Origin: a virus
IMG/VR virus record: IMGVR_UViG_3300023174_000117
Span: 23,581-87,580 of that record
Strand: one strand, 5' to 3'
Length of the DNA stretch: 64,000 bases
The translations under genes were made by a program, and so were the position numbers. The notes under the pieces are model-generated. The model was not told the origin of the DNA. It did no database searches and was given only the letters and a program-made list of their open reading frames with translations. Shown here in pieces: positions 9,880 to 18,806 of the stretch. Each line of letters begins with the position of its first letter. The stretch's first letter is position 1.

Positions 9880-12636
9880 TTAGGCGATTGCTTCTGTACC
9901 GACTAGGTTATAGCGAACCTGAATCTCGTCACCATTGGTGAGCTTGAAGGGGAATGCTATACCGAAGGTATCGGTGCCTACGTCGGAGTAGAAGAGGTAA
10001 TCACCATTGAGACCAGAGAAGGAGATAGAGCTTGGTGCAGAGATAACCTTGATGGCTCCAAATGCATCAAACACTGGTCTTAGGAGGTTACCGTTTACAA
10101 AGACTTCGAGACCAGGTACGAATACGAATGGTGCAGACTGAACGATGTCAGGTCCGAAGTTGAATGTATAGGTCTTCTTGAGAGCGGATGCAGTGTCAAG
10201 ATTGATGTTAGTTGCAGCGGAAACAGAAGAGAATCCACCAGAACCAACTCTAGCCATAAAGACCTTGGTAGCAGTGTCAGCAGTAATTGAAGCTTCAGCG
10301 GAGGCGATGGTGCTTTCGGCATCAGATAGTCTTGCTTCGATAGAAGAATCGACGGAAGCGCGAGCAACCTCTTCATCGGAGAGACGGCTGGTTAGGGATG
10401 AATCACCAACTTCTCTTGCAGACTCTTCGGTAGAGAGGCGTGTGGTGAGAGATGTGTCACCAGAAGCTCTGGTAGACTCTTCGGTGGAGAGACGAGTCTC
10501 TAGAGAAGTATCGGCAGAAGCTCTTGTGGAAACCTCGGTAGAGATACGACCAGCGAGAGAGGCATCGGCAGATGCTCTTAGAGATACTTCGTCAGAGAGG
10601 CGACCAGCGAGAGATGCGTCAACAGAAGAGCGAGTAACTTCCTCAGAAGAGAGACGGGTTGTGAAGGAAGTATCAGCAGAAGATCTGGTAGACTCTTCGG
10701 TAGAGAGACGGGTCTCTAGGGAGGTGTCAGCAGAAGCTCTTACAGATGCTTCGAGGGTATCAGCAGATGCACGAACAGACTCTTCAGTGGAGAGACGGGT
10801 GGTTAGAGAGGAGTCGCCAGAAATTCTGGAAGACTCTTCGCTGGAAACCTGAACGGCGAGTGAAGAATCGGCAGCGGCTCTGACAGAAGCTTCGACAGAA
10901 TCTGCAGAAGAGCGAGCAACTTCCTCAGAAGATAGGCGAACGGTTAGAGAAGAATCGCCTGCGCTTCTTAGGGAGACCTCATCAGAGATACGACCCATTA
11001 GAGAGGAATCTGCAGAAGCTCTGACAGAAGCCTCAACGGAGTCGGCAGAAGCTCTTACGGAAACCTCGTTAGAGATTAGAGTAGAGAGAGATGTATCTGC
11101 TGTAGCTCTGGTGGACTCTTCGGTTGATAGTCTGGTTGTGAGAGAGGTATCTGCAGCAGCTCTGGTAGAGGCTTCGGTGGAGATTCTGGTATCAATGCTG
11201 CTTACTAGACCGGAAAGTTCGTTGTAGTCTGCGAACTTAACGAGAGAGTAGAGCAGACCGAGTGGGCCCCAGGTAGAGATGGTTAGATCGCCATCAACTT
11301 CGGAGACGACAACATAAGCGTCGTTACCGTCCTTGACGTAGTATGCCCAACCTTCCATTACTGGAGTGCCACCTGCTGAAATAACAGAGTTATAAGCAGT
11401 TACATCACCAGCAGCAACTGGAGTTGCGGCACTCATGGCGGACTCTAGAGCGCTTACAGTGGCGAATGAACCCTTCCAGGTTACACCGGCAACCATACCA
11501 GCTTCGATGATGCTAACTCTGATACCTAGAGAGCTGTCGCCTGCAGTCCTGGAGGACTCTTCGGTGGAAACTCTGGAGGTTAGAGAGGTATCAGCAGAAG
11601 CTCTGATTGAAGCCTCAAGATCGTCAGCAGATGCACGAGTAGAAACCTCATCGGAGATACGAACGGCGAGAGAGGAATCACCAGCGGCTCTGACAGAAAC
11701 CTCGTCGGAGACAAGGGCTGCGAGAGAAGAATCTGCAGTAGAGCGAGTGGCCTCTTCAGAGGAAAGACGGGTGGTGAGAGAGGTGTCGGCAGAAGCTCTT
11801 ACAGAAGCCTCGGTGGAGAGGTTTGCAGCGAGAGAAGCATCGCCAGAAGCTCTTGCAGAAACCTCATTGGAGATGCGGCCAGCGAGAGAAGCATCGCCAG
11901 AAGATCTTAGGGAGACCTCATCGGAGATACGGCCAGCGAGAGAGGTGTCAGCAGAAGTTCTTGCGGAGACTTCGCTAGAAACGAGTACGGCGAGAGAAGA
12001 GTCGGCAGAAGAACGAGTTACTTCCTCAGAAGAAACGCGAACGGTTAGAGAGGCATCGGCAGAATCTCTGACAGAAGCTTCTACAGAGTCTGCAGAAGAA
12101 CGTGCAACTTCTTCAGAAGAAACGCGAACGGTGAGAGAAGAATCGGCAAGCTCTCTGGTGGACTCTTCAGTAGAGAGGCGAACAGTGAGGGATGAATCAC
12201 CAGCAGCTCTTAAGGATACTTCGTCGGAAACGAGAACGGCGAGAGAAGAATCTGCAGAAGAACGAGTTACTTCCTCAGAAGAGAGGCGAGTGGTGAGGGA
12301 GGTGTCAGCAGAACCTCTTGTAGAAACTTCTACGGAGAGGCTGGACTCTAGAGATGCATCTGCGGAAGCTCTGACGGAGACTTCGACAGAATCTGCAGAA
12401 GCGCGAGTAGACTCTTCGGTAGAAACTCTGGAGGTTAGAGAGCTATCAGCAGATAGTCTGGTGGAAGACTCTGCGGTCATTACTGACTCTACGGAGCTCT
12501 TATCAGGTACGACGTTCCAGTCTACTGCTAGTGCGCCAGTTGCGTCAATTGTAGTTAAGCCACCGGTGCCAAGACCGGAGCGCTCCTCAAGTGTGATCTG
12601 GTCACCTGAGATTTTGGTATTAAAGGCTCTTGCCAT
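9880..12636 (-). CDS. Ser-rich repetitive coiled-coil fibre protein (virion appendage)
   Basis: About 30 copies of an 18-aa unit (SLxxRLSxExSxRxSADx) with 11-aa inserts, a central WKG..Y knob and a C-terminal LEVFVNG domain; GC-rich codons like the capsid gene. Confidence 0.75.
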   Translation of the reverse strand: MARAFNTKISGDQITLEERSGLGTGGLTTIDATGALAVDWNVVPDKSSVESVMTAESSTRLSADSSLTSRVSTEESTRASADSVEVSVRASADASLESSLSVEVSTRGSADTSLTTRLSSEEVTRSSADSSLAVLVSDEVSLRAAGDSSLTVRLSTEESTRELADSSLTVRVSSEEVARSSADSVEASVRDSADASLTVRVSSEEVTRSSADSSLAVLVSSEVSARTSADTSLAGRISDEVSLRSSGDASLAGRISNEVSARASGDASLAANLSTEASVRASADTSLTTRLSSEEATRSTADSSLAALVSDEVSVRAAGDSSLAVRISDEVSTRASADDLEASIRASADTSLTSRVSTEESSRTAGDSSLGIRVSIIEAGMVAGVTWKGSFATVSALESAMSAATPVAAGDVTAYNSVISAGGTPVMEGWAYYVKDGNDAYVVVSEVDGDLTISTWGPLGLLYSLVKFADYNELSGLVSSIDTRISTEASTRAAADTSLTTRLSTEESTRATADTSLSTLISNEVSVRASADSVEASVRASADSSLMGRISDEVSLRSAGDSSLTVRLSSEEVARSSADSVEASVRAAADSSLAVQVSSEESSRISGDSSLTTRLSTEESVRASADTLEASVRASADTSLETRLSTEESTRSSADTSFTTRLSSEEVTRSSVDASLAGRLSDEVSLRASADASLAGRISTEVSTRASADTSLETRLSTEESTRASGDTSLTTRLSTEESAREVGDSSLTSRLSDEEVARASVDSSIEARLSDAESTIASAEASITADTATKVFMARVGSGGFSSVSAATNINLDTASALKKTYTFNFGPDIVQSAPFVFVPGLEVFVNGNLLRPVFDAFGAIKVISAPSSISFSGLNGDYLFYSDVGTDTFGIAFPFKLTNGDEIQVRYNLVGTEAIA
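10290..12470 (-). repeat. Two blocks of degenerate 54-nt/33-nt coding tandem repeats (approx. 10290-11200 and 11510-12470)
   Basis: Recurring gcagaagctct / gactcttcggt / gagaga segments encoding the peptide repeats. Confidence 0.85.
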
Positions 12637-12652
12637 TTGATTAATTCCTAAA

Positions 12653-12806
12653 TATTGAAAGTAGTTACTCTATAACTATCTCTGTAACTGCAACTATACT
12701 TTGAACTTTGAGAATCATTATTTGATTCTAGTGTTGCCACTTATTATTGAAAAAAATAATATAGTTTATTTCCAAATATTATTTTTCGCAACATAATCTT
12801 TCAATA
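12653..12806 (-). ncRNA. Candidate structured 5' leader RNA of the fibre gene
   Basis: 9-bp closing stem 12653-61/12798-806 enclosing four hairpins, one with a GCAA tetraloop on the transcribed strand. Confidence 0.35.
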
Positions 12807-12887
12807 AAAGACAAATCTTATTAATTACAAAAATCCAATCACGGCTATTATGCCAATGTTACATAAATATTAGTAGATTTTAAAAAA

Positions 12888-13121
12888 TTAATTTCTATAA
12901 AGCATTTTTTTAATAACTCTAACATGATTATCGAACTTACAAAAATCGCTGTTCAGATATTCGACAGAGTATTTTGGACCAACATCCTCCGAATCTTTGA
13001 AGATAAATTCGAATTTTCCGGATGGAGTTTTTCCGCACTTAATTAACTCTAGACCTTTCATTGCTAAAAATGCCGCCAACGAAAGATCTGATGTTATAAA
13101 TTTCTTGACTTCATTATCCAT
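12888..13121 (-). CDS. DUF5659-like small phage protein
   Basis: F.TSDL.LAAFL...G..L.......GK..F.F pattern. Confidence 0.6.
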   Translation of the reverse strand: MDNEVKKFITSDLSLAAFLAMKGLELIKCGKTPSGKFEFIFKDSEDVGPKYSVEYLNSDFCKFDNHVRVIKKMLYRN

Positions 13122-13211
13122 GTAATATTACACTCTTTATGATAGTAACTATAATATGAGTAGAATTGCACAACCACAGGGATATATTACCAGTAATTAT
13201 ACAAATTTAAT

Positions 13212-13451
13212 CTATTTGTCATCATCTTTTTTATCTTGATATACTTCATTATATAGATTATTGCTTGGCTCAATTCCATTTAATTCTTCTTCAACATTGA
13301 ATATATCGCTAAAATCACTCTCTGTAGATGTAACTGAATCTGGAGGTACATAATTGGTATCTCGGCGATGCTTTAGTCCGCCAGGATCTGATGACTTCTT
13401 CTGAACCAGATTTTTAAAAACTAACCTATTTTTTAATCTTGCTTTATTCAT
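13212..13451 (-). CDS. Hypothetical protein (likely start MNKARL)
   Basis: ORF directly after the capsid terminator. Confidence 0.5.
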   Translation of the reverse strand: MNKARLKNRLVFKNLVQKKSSDPGGLKHRRDTNYVPPDSVTSTESDFSDIFNVEEELNGIEPSNNLYNEVYQDKKDDDK

Positions 13452-13470
13452 TTTCTTTAACCCCCAAAAC

Positions 13471-13498
13471 AAATAAAGGGGGCTTTTGGCCCCCTTTA
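13471..13498 (-). terminator. Rho-independent terminator after the major capsid gene
   Basis: AAAGGGGGC/GCCCCCTTT stem with U-rich tail on the minus strand. Confidence 0.85.
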
Positions 13499-13519
13499 AG
13501 TGTTCCTGACTAAATTAGA

Positions 13520-14542
13520 TTAGGCAGAGACGGTGCCAGTGGCGACGCCACGGGGGTTGACGATACCGATACCAATGATCTCGGAGACAACCCAACCGAG
13601 CTTGAGCTGCTTGGGCTCATCGGCGGGGAGGACTTCGATGTCCTGGCGAACTGGCATGACACCAACTAGCTCTGGCTCTGCGGTTGCGAAAGCCTTGCCA
13701 GCGGGAACGATCTTGGAGACGATGATATCGGCGCCGAAGATCTGGCCATAGAGACCGGTCTGTAGAATCTCTCTCTGGGTGACTGGATCAACCATTGAGC
13801 TACCTGCTGCACCAGCGGACTCCCAGTTTAGGATGTCGGTGAACTCATTGATGTTGAGGAAGTACTTAGAGGTAACGAGGTCCCAACGATCGATCTGACG
13901 CTTGAGGTTGAGCATACCGTCCTTGGCGAGCTGGCCGAGTCTGGAGCTTACATCGAGGGTCTGAGAATCGTTCTCGCCGCCCTTGGAGGTGTCACCGGCG
14001 AAATCTAGGGCTGCGAAGACGTTGGCATCTTCCTGAGCCTGGATTTCCTGGCGAGCCTTCTGCTGAGCACGGTCAACGATGTTGAAACGACGACGCTTGA
14101 CTTCAGCAATACGGACGGTGGGGTTAGAGACGATTTCGAACTCTGGAACTGTGACGCGATCACCGAATACACGGCTTTCTGGAGCAGAACCATTGGAGGA
14201 AACGACTACTGCGGCTACGTCGATATCACGATCGTAGACTGGTAGTGCGCCCTGGGGTAGAGGATCAACGACGAGGGCCTTACGACCAACGCCCTGATAG
14301 TCTAAGTTGCGGCGGATGGGGGTAGCCATAGCCTGACCTAGAGCAATCTTGCCCTCCTGGGTCATGAGAGCCTGCTTGATCATATCGTCTCTCTGGTCAT
14401 CGCTTAGAGATGGAGCAGAAGCGACAACAGAGTTGGATGGCTGAAGCTCTTCGATGATAGATGCGTATTTTACGATCTGCTGAAGTGCCTCTTTTACGTT
14501 GCTGGCGTTTAGTTCGCCATGAGTATTGAAGATGTTAGACAT
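13520..14542 (-). CDS. Major capsid protein (HK97-fold)
   Basis: 340 aa; PIRRNLDYQGVGRK.LVVDPLPQGALPVYDRD, IQAQED.N.F and GIGIVNPRGV segments; follows the decoration gene; strongest codon bias in the window; terminator downstream. Confidence 0.85.
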   Translation of the reverse strand: MSNIFNTHGELNASNVKEALQQIVKYASIIEELQPSNSVVASAPSLSDDQRDDMIKQALMTQEGKIALGQAMATPIRRNLDYQGVGRKALVVDPLPQGALPVYDRDIDVAAVVVSSNGSAPESRVFGDRVTVPEFEIVSNPTVRIAEVKRRRFNIVDRAQQKARQEIQAQEDANVFAALDFAGDTSKGGENDSQTLDVSSRLGQLAKDGMLNLKRQIDRWDLVTSKYFLNINEFTDILNWESAGAAGSSMVDPVTQREILQTGLYGQIFGADIIVSKIVPAGKAFATAEPELVGVMPVRQDIEVLPADEPKQLKLGWVVSEIIGIGIVNPRGVATGTVSA

Positions 14543-14569
14543 TTTTTTCTCCTTTTTATCCTTATTTAA

Positions 14570-15196
14570 TTACTTAGACACGCCTAAGAGGTAGACAGCG
14601 TAGTATTCTGGGGTTGCGAGTGATGCACCGGTTGCAGCAGCGGCGGTGGTGCTAACGAGTGAGCTATCAGCAACAGTATTGACGAATACTGCGACCTGTG
14701 GACCGGAGGAAGCGGTGGAGAGAAGACCGGTTGAAGAAACAGCGTAGAGCTTGGTGTTAACGGAAGCTGGTAGAGCGCCGAAAGCATCTGCAGTTACGCC
14801 ATATAGACCTGGCATGGACCATAGGGTGGCCTTGCCGGAAGCGAAGAAGGTCTTTGGACCGACGACAACAGCGCCAGTGGCGCCAGAGACAGCGTAAGCG
14901 CCAGAGACGAAGCCGGTGCCCTGACCTGCGGTGCCGCCAATGACGGTGCCGTAGAGGGTGCCATAACCGCTGGTGCCTTCATCGAGGAGGCCGTATAGCT
15001 CGCCTGCGGCGGGCTGACCGGTGGTTAGCTTGACGTCTGGAGCGATAGAAAGACCGCCAGCGTCAGCAGCGTAGTAATCGCCAGAAGCGACAGTCTCAAA
15101 TACGCCAACTTCACCGCCAACGAGGGAGGTTACAGTATCCTTAAGATCGTACTGGCCGAGGGGTAGGTAGCCAGGATGTAGTGGTTTTAATGCCAT
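14570..15196 (-). CDS. Capsid decoration/cement protein
   Basis: Gly/Ala-rich beta protein directly upstream of the MCP with the same codon bias; YGLLDE...SGK.TL...PGLY pattern. Confidence 0.7.
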   Translation of the reverse strand: MALKPLHPGYLPLGQYDLKDTVTSLVGGEVGVFETVASGDYYAADAGGLSIAPDVKLTTGQPAAGELYGLLDEGTSGYGTLYGTVIGGTAGQGTGFVSGAYAVSGATGAVVVGPKTFFASGKATLWSMPGLYGVTADAFGALPASVNTKLYAVSSTGLLSTASSGPQVAVFVNTVADSSLVSTTAAAATGASLATPEYYAVYLLGVSK

Positions 15197-15212
15197 TTGT
15201 TACTCCTAAAAG

Positions 15213-17510
15213 TTAATTAAAAAACTGATTAATTGTCTGCTTAATTAGATCTGAAACTTCGGTTTTATTTTGAGCTTCTGCCACCTTCAATAGTTTGTTT
15301 AAATAAGCGTGGGTTTCTGCATATTTTGACCGAAAATTGCCACTAGGTGTACTGAGAGCGACAGCCTCAGACTTAACCTGTTGCTCTAAACCATTCTCCA
15401 CTAATCCGCCGTCGCCCATGGCTTCTGCTAGATAGGTAGATTTTGGATGGGCTTCTAAAAGTAAATCGTATCCGGTTTCCTCTTGAAATCCATACAGATC
15501 TTTTAGGTCTGTCTTTTGAGCTTTTGGCTTCTCACTATACATACTATCTAAGCCTGCATAATAAGATTTTGTTAATTTATCCTTAAGGTCCTTTACGGCA
15601 TCCTCGTGGTAAGTTATTCTGTCTTTTGACAAGGCGAGCTTGTTCATAGTTGAACTCTTTTTATTAATAGAATCTGAAAAATTATTTTGATAATCTGAAG
15701 ATTTACTCATGCTAAGACCATCATCAGAAAGCGATTCAGAAGAAGAGCCTCCGCCTCCTTTATACTTTTTAATTAATTTTTCAAATGCCTTTTGTTCAGG
15801 TTCATTCTTAAAAAGTTTTCTTAATGGGCTGAGTCCTGAATTTATAGACTTAATGATGTCTCTTTTAAGATCTCCCTCATTTTTTATTCCATTGTTGTAG
15901 CAATATTTTATTGCTGCAGCAATTCTTCCGTTACCATTGAGTGGTTTTCCTACGGCATTGGGGACTAATCCGGACCCATCTGGATCTACGAACGCTGTAA
16001 AAGTTGGAGAAGAAAAGAACGGATTTCTGCCGTCCTGAAAGAAAAGTATAAATTTGGGTGGGATAGAGGGTTTCTTAGTAGTTATATCAACAGTATGTGT
16101 CGAACCATCAGAAAGAGTTACTGTTCCAGAGATGGCATTTCCGGAAGAGGTTCCAGAACCATCAGAATAAGGTTGTCCGCCGCTTGAACGACCTCCTCTT
16201 TCCACTGCTTCGGTTGCAAGATTCATAATAATTGATTTTGCTGCATTAAAGTTTGTTACTATGCAAGAAAATGCTTCTGAGACGGTGACGGAGAAGCCAC
16301 CGTTTATCTCTTCCGGATTTGCCTGAAGATGGTTTGCAAACTCAAAAATAGATCCGCTACCAGTTCCGCCAACCTTATCTATAAGCTCCCCATAATTTCT
16401 AACAAATTCTTCTGTAACACTTCCTGATGTCATGGAGCTCATTTGATTTATTTTCTGGAGATCCGATGACAATGCCATCTTTAAGGACTCTGCCCTTGTT
16501 CCTGAAATGGTGTCGATTGAATCGAGACAGCCCTGTGATTGAACGAGGTACGAGGATATCTTCTCTCTCTTTGATTGTGTTGCGGAACTAAAGTAATAAT
16601 AAATTGCCCCTATGGATCCGAGAAATAGGGTTGTTGAAAATATTGCTTTCATAGAGCTGATTGTAAACAGATCTCTAAATGCCTTGCTTAAATCACTACG
16701 AGCCAACTCTCTATCTTGTTTGATTTTCTTGAGTAATTCGGCTTCCTTAGCTTCCTGAGTTAACTTTTGTATTCTTTTTTGCGCTTCCAAAGCTTCGGGA
16801 GTTAGCTTTCCATCAGCTCCGGTCTCTTGCGCTTTGGGCTTAAGATCGTCTATCTCTTTTTGTCTTGCCGCAGCCTGCGCTTCTGCTTCGGCCTCTGCCT
16901 TTGTCGTAGTCTGCGCAGCATCGGCTCCTGGCTCAGCGACAGTACGGGTGGGAGGTGTTACAGATGGGGTGGGTGCTCCGGCTGCCGAATCAGCTTCGCT
17001 CTTTATTATTTTTGAAAGATCAGGATCTGCAAAAAACCTATAGGCCCTCTCTATCTTTCCTACTTTTTCTGGAGTAAGTACGTTGGATATATTACCTACA
17101 TCGCTCTTCATTATATTTTGAAGATCGATGTATTCGCCTATAGCATCTCCAGCAGAGCCAAAACTATATTTCGAACTCGCAAGTTGGTTGAGTTTTTCTA
17201 CGACTTCGGTACTTGATCCATCTACACCTTTAAGGCTTTCGAGGCCGGGCTTTATAGATGCTTGTGTTGCTTTATCCGACAAGAAATTTACAAAGTTTCT
17301 GTATGGCGGCAGCCTTGTCGTATTAAAAACAGCTTTTTCTGCTGGCGTTAAGACGCTCCAATCTTTTGCAAATATTTTTGCAAATTCTTCAATAAAATCA
17401 AAAATAGCACTCGCTTCACCAGCACTCTTAGCAAATCCTTGACGAGTTCTCTCACTCATTTTTTTCACAAAGATATTGAAAACTTCGGAATGATTAGTTT
17501 TGGTTATCAT
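15213..17510 (-). CDS. Putative internal head/ejection protein with a hydrophobic segment
   Basis: 765 aa; KSA/KVA motifs; TM-like segment TTLFLGSIGAIYYYF; head-module position. Confidence 0.55.
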   Translation of the reverse strand: MITKTNHSEVFNIFVKKMSERTRQGFAKSAGEASAIFDFIEEFAKIFAKDWSVLTPAEKAVFNTTRLPPYRNFVNFLSDKATQASIKPGLESLKGVDGSSTEVVEKLNQLASSKYSFGSAGDAIGEYIDLQNIMKSDVGNISNVLTPEKVGKIERAYRFFADPDLSKIIKSEADSAAGAPTPSVTPPTRTVAEPGADAAQTTTKAEAEAEAQAAARQKEIDDLKPKAQETGADGKLTPEALEAQKRIQKLTQEAKEAELLKKIKQDRELARSDLSKAFRDLFTISSMKAIFSTTLFLGSIGAIYYYFSSATQSKREKISSYLVQSQGCLDSIDTISGTRAESLKMALSSDLQKINQMSSMTSGSVTEEFVRNYGELIDKVGGTGSGSIFEFANHLQANPEEINGGFSVTVSEAFSCIVTNFNAAKSIIMNLATEAVERGGRSSGGQPYSDGSGTSSGNAISGTVTLSDGSTHTVDITTKKPSIPPKFILFFQDGRNPFFSSPTFTAFVDPDGSGLVPNAVGKPLNGNGRIAAAIKYCYNNGIKNEGDLKRDIIKSINSGLSPLRKLFKNEPEQKAFEKLIKKYKGGGGSSSESLSDDGLSMSKSSDYQNNFSDSINKKSSTMNKLALSKDRITYHEDAVKDLKDKLTKSYYAGLDSMYSEKPKAQKTDLKDLYGFQEETGYDLLLEAHPKSTYLAEAMGDGGLVENGLEQQVKSEAVALSTPSGNFRSKYAETHAYLNKLLKVAEAQNKTEVSDLIKQTINQFFN
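15662..15669 (-). promoter_or_regulatory. Intragenic late-promoter motif TATTAATA
   Basis: 15 nt upstream of in-frame ATG 15647; nearest clear motif upstream of the decoration-MCP genes. Confidence 0.5.
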
Positions 17511-17968
17511 TATTCTTCGTCCAAAATTTCTTGAATGGTTCTTTCGATTTGATACGCTAATTTGATATTTCCGGATATTGCGGCATCATAAGCCAAGGTT
17601 CTTAGCTCGTCCAATACCTGATCTTTTGCATCATCCTCTTCCCAATCTGCAGTGGGATTTGGACCAAAATTGCCCGCATACGGATTGTCTTTGTGAGCCA
17701 TCAGAAAATCTTCTTGAGTGGACTCTCCGTCATCAGCGGAGGAAGTTAGTCCAGAATTTTTTATTGCTTTGCTTGCCTCATTTACGGCATTGGTGAGATC
17801 CTGAACCTGCTTTGTTTTTTCAACAAGACCTGATTGAGCACTTTTATTTATAGCATAATTTCCAGAAGAAAGTTTCTGAATATTATTTAAGATTGTCTTT
17901 TCAAATTCTGAAAAAACTTCGCTATTTTCCCAGGCTCTTCTATCTTCCTTGGCCCAAAATTTAGACAT
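17510..17968 (-). CDS. Putative internal head protein
   Basis: KSAQ motif and C-terminal L..LA..A...G..KLA..I helical motif. Confidence 0.55.
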   Translation of the reverse strand: MSKFWAKEDRRAWENSEVFSEFEKTILNNIQKLSSGNYAINKSAQSGLVEKTKQVQDLTNAVNEASKAIKNSGLTSSADDGESTQEDFLMAHKDNPYAGNFGPNPTADWEEDDAKDQVLDELRTLAYDAAISGNIKLAYQIERTIQEILDEE

Positions 17969-18030
17969 AAAAACTCCGTATCCAATTTACTAAAAAAATA
18001 ATAGTAGTTTCAAAGATGAAGAAAAATAGG

Positions 18031-18729
18031 TTATAGTAAGAGAAATTCTAAACTTCCTATTGTTGCTGATGGTGGACCAGTACAAATTGCAACGCCGGGA
18101 TGATTTTCGGTTGGTTGTTTTGATGTTAACATTCCATCAAGACCGATGTATAGCGTTGCATTGAGTGGATAAATTTGAGTTGTATCAAACTGGTCTGATG
18201 CGTAGATACCTCTTTGATAATGAATTGTAACTCTTCCAGATGATATCGTGCTATCGTCGCCTGGTTTTGTTGCGACTCTATAAATATAATTTACAACAAC
18301 CTTGTAACCATCAAACGCACCGTCTCCATCATAATCATGATTTAATGGCGTTCCGGCCGGGACCGAAATAATTCCGTTGACATAATTTAAGAAGACGGAT
18401 ACGCTGGAGGTAAAGCTTGATTGAATAATATGCGGATGTTCTAGGGGAGAATTTACATCGGTTATATTTACCCTGTTTCCATTTTCATCTATAGCAATGT
18501 TATTATCAGCAACTTCAATTTGAACAATCTCATCTATCTGGGCTTTTGTAAAAGAAGTGGTCCTTACATCATCAATAATTCCTAGTGGCGCAGTTCCATC
18601 CGACACACCAGCCACTATATCATTTCCAATTAGTTTTAGTTGAGCAAACATACCTGGTTGAAATTCCGCAGTGGGATCAACAGGTAAGCTCATAGGCATT
18701 GCGTTACCGGAGTGAATTACTTTTAACAT
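18031..18729 (-). CDS. Second capsid decoration-like protein
   Basis: PLGIIDD...SGRVTI...GIY..DQF...LY....G.LT resembles gene 14570..15196. Confidence 0.55.
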   Translation of the reverse strand: MLKVIHSGNAMPMSLPVDPTAEFQPGMFAQLKLIGNDIVAGVSDGTAPLGIIDDVRTTSFTKAQIDEIVQIEVADNNIAIDENGNRVNITDVNSPLEHPHIIQSSFTSSVSVFLNYVNGIISVPAGTPLNHDYDGDGAFDGYKVVVNYIYRVATKPGDDSTISSGRVTIHYQRGIYASDQFDTTQIYPLNATLYIGLDGMLTSKQPTENHPGVAICTGPPSATIGSLEFLLL

Positions 18730-18752
18730 GAGTCCTCTTCTTAATAATAAAA

Positions 18753-18785
18753 AATAATAAAGGGGAGAAAAATCTCCCCTTTATT
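18753..18785 (-). terminator. Rho-independent terminator
   Basis: AAAGGGGAGA/TCTCCCCTTT stem with U-rich tail. Confidence 0.8.
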
Positions 18786-18806
18786 ATACTCATCGGGAAA
18801 CTTTTA

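Noticed and set aside
10290-12470. Regularly spaced repeats resembling a CRISPR array
   Set aside because: Repeats are degenerate, in frame and protein-coding, with no unique spacers
10178-12640. Long plus-strand ORFs (224 and 401 aa) antisense to the fibre gene
   Set aside because: Shadow frames produced by the repetitive Ser/Ala/Glu/Arg codons; no RBS or independent signal
13122-13200. Palindromic GTAATATTAC and an imperfect hairpin upstream of the DUF5659-like gene
   Set aside because: Short and AT-rich; cannot be distinguished from chance without homologs
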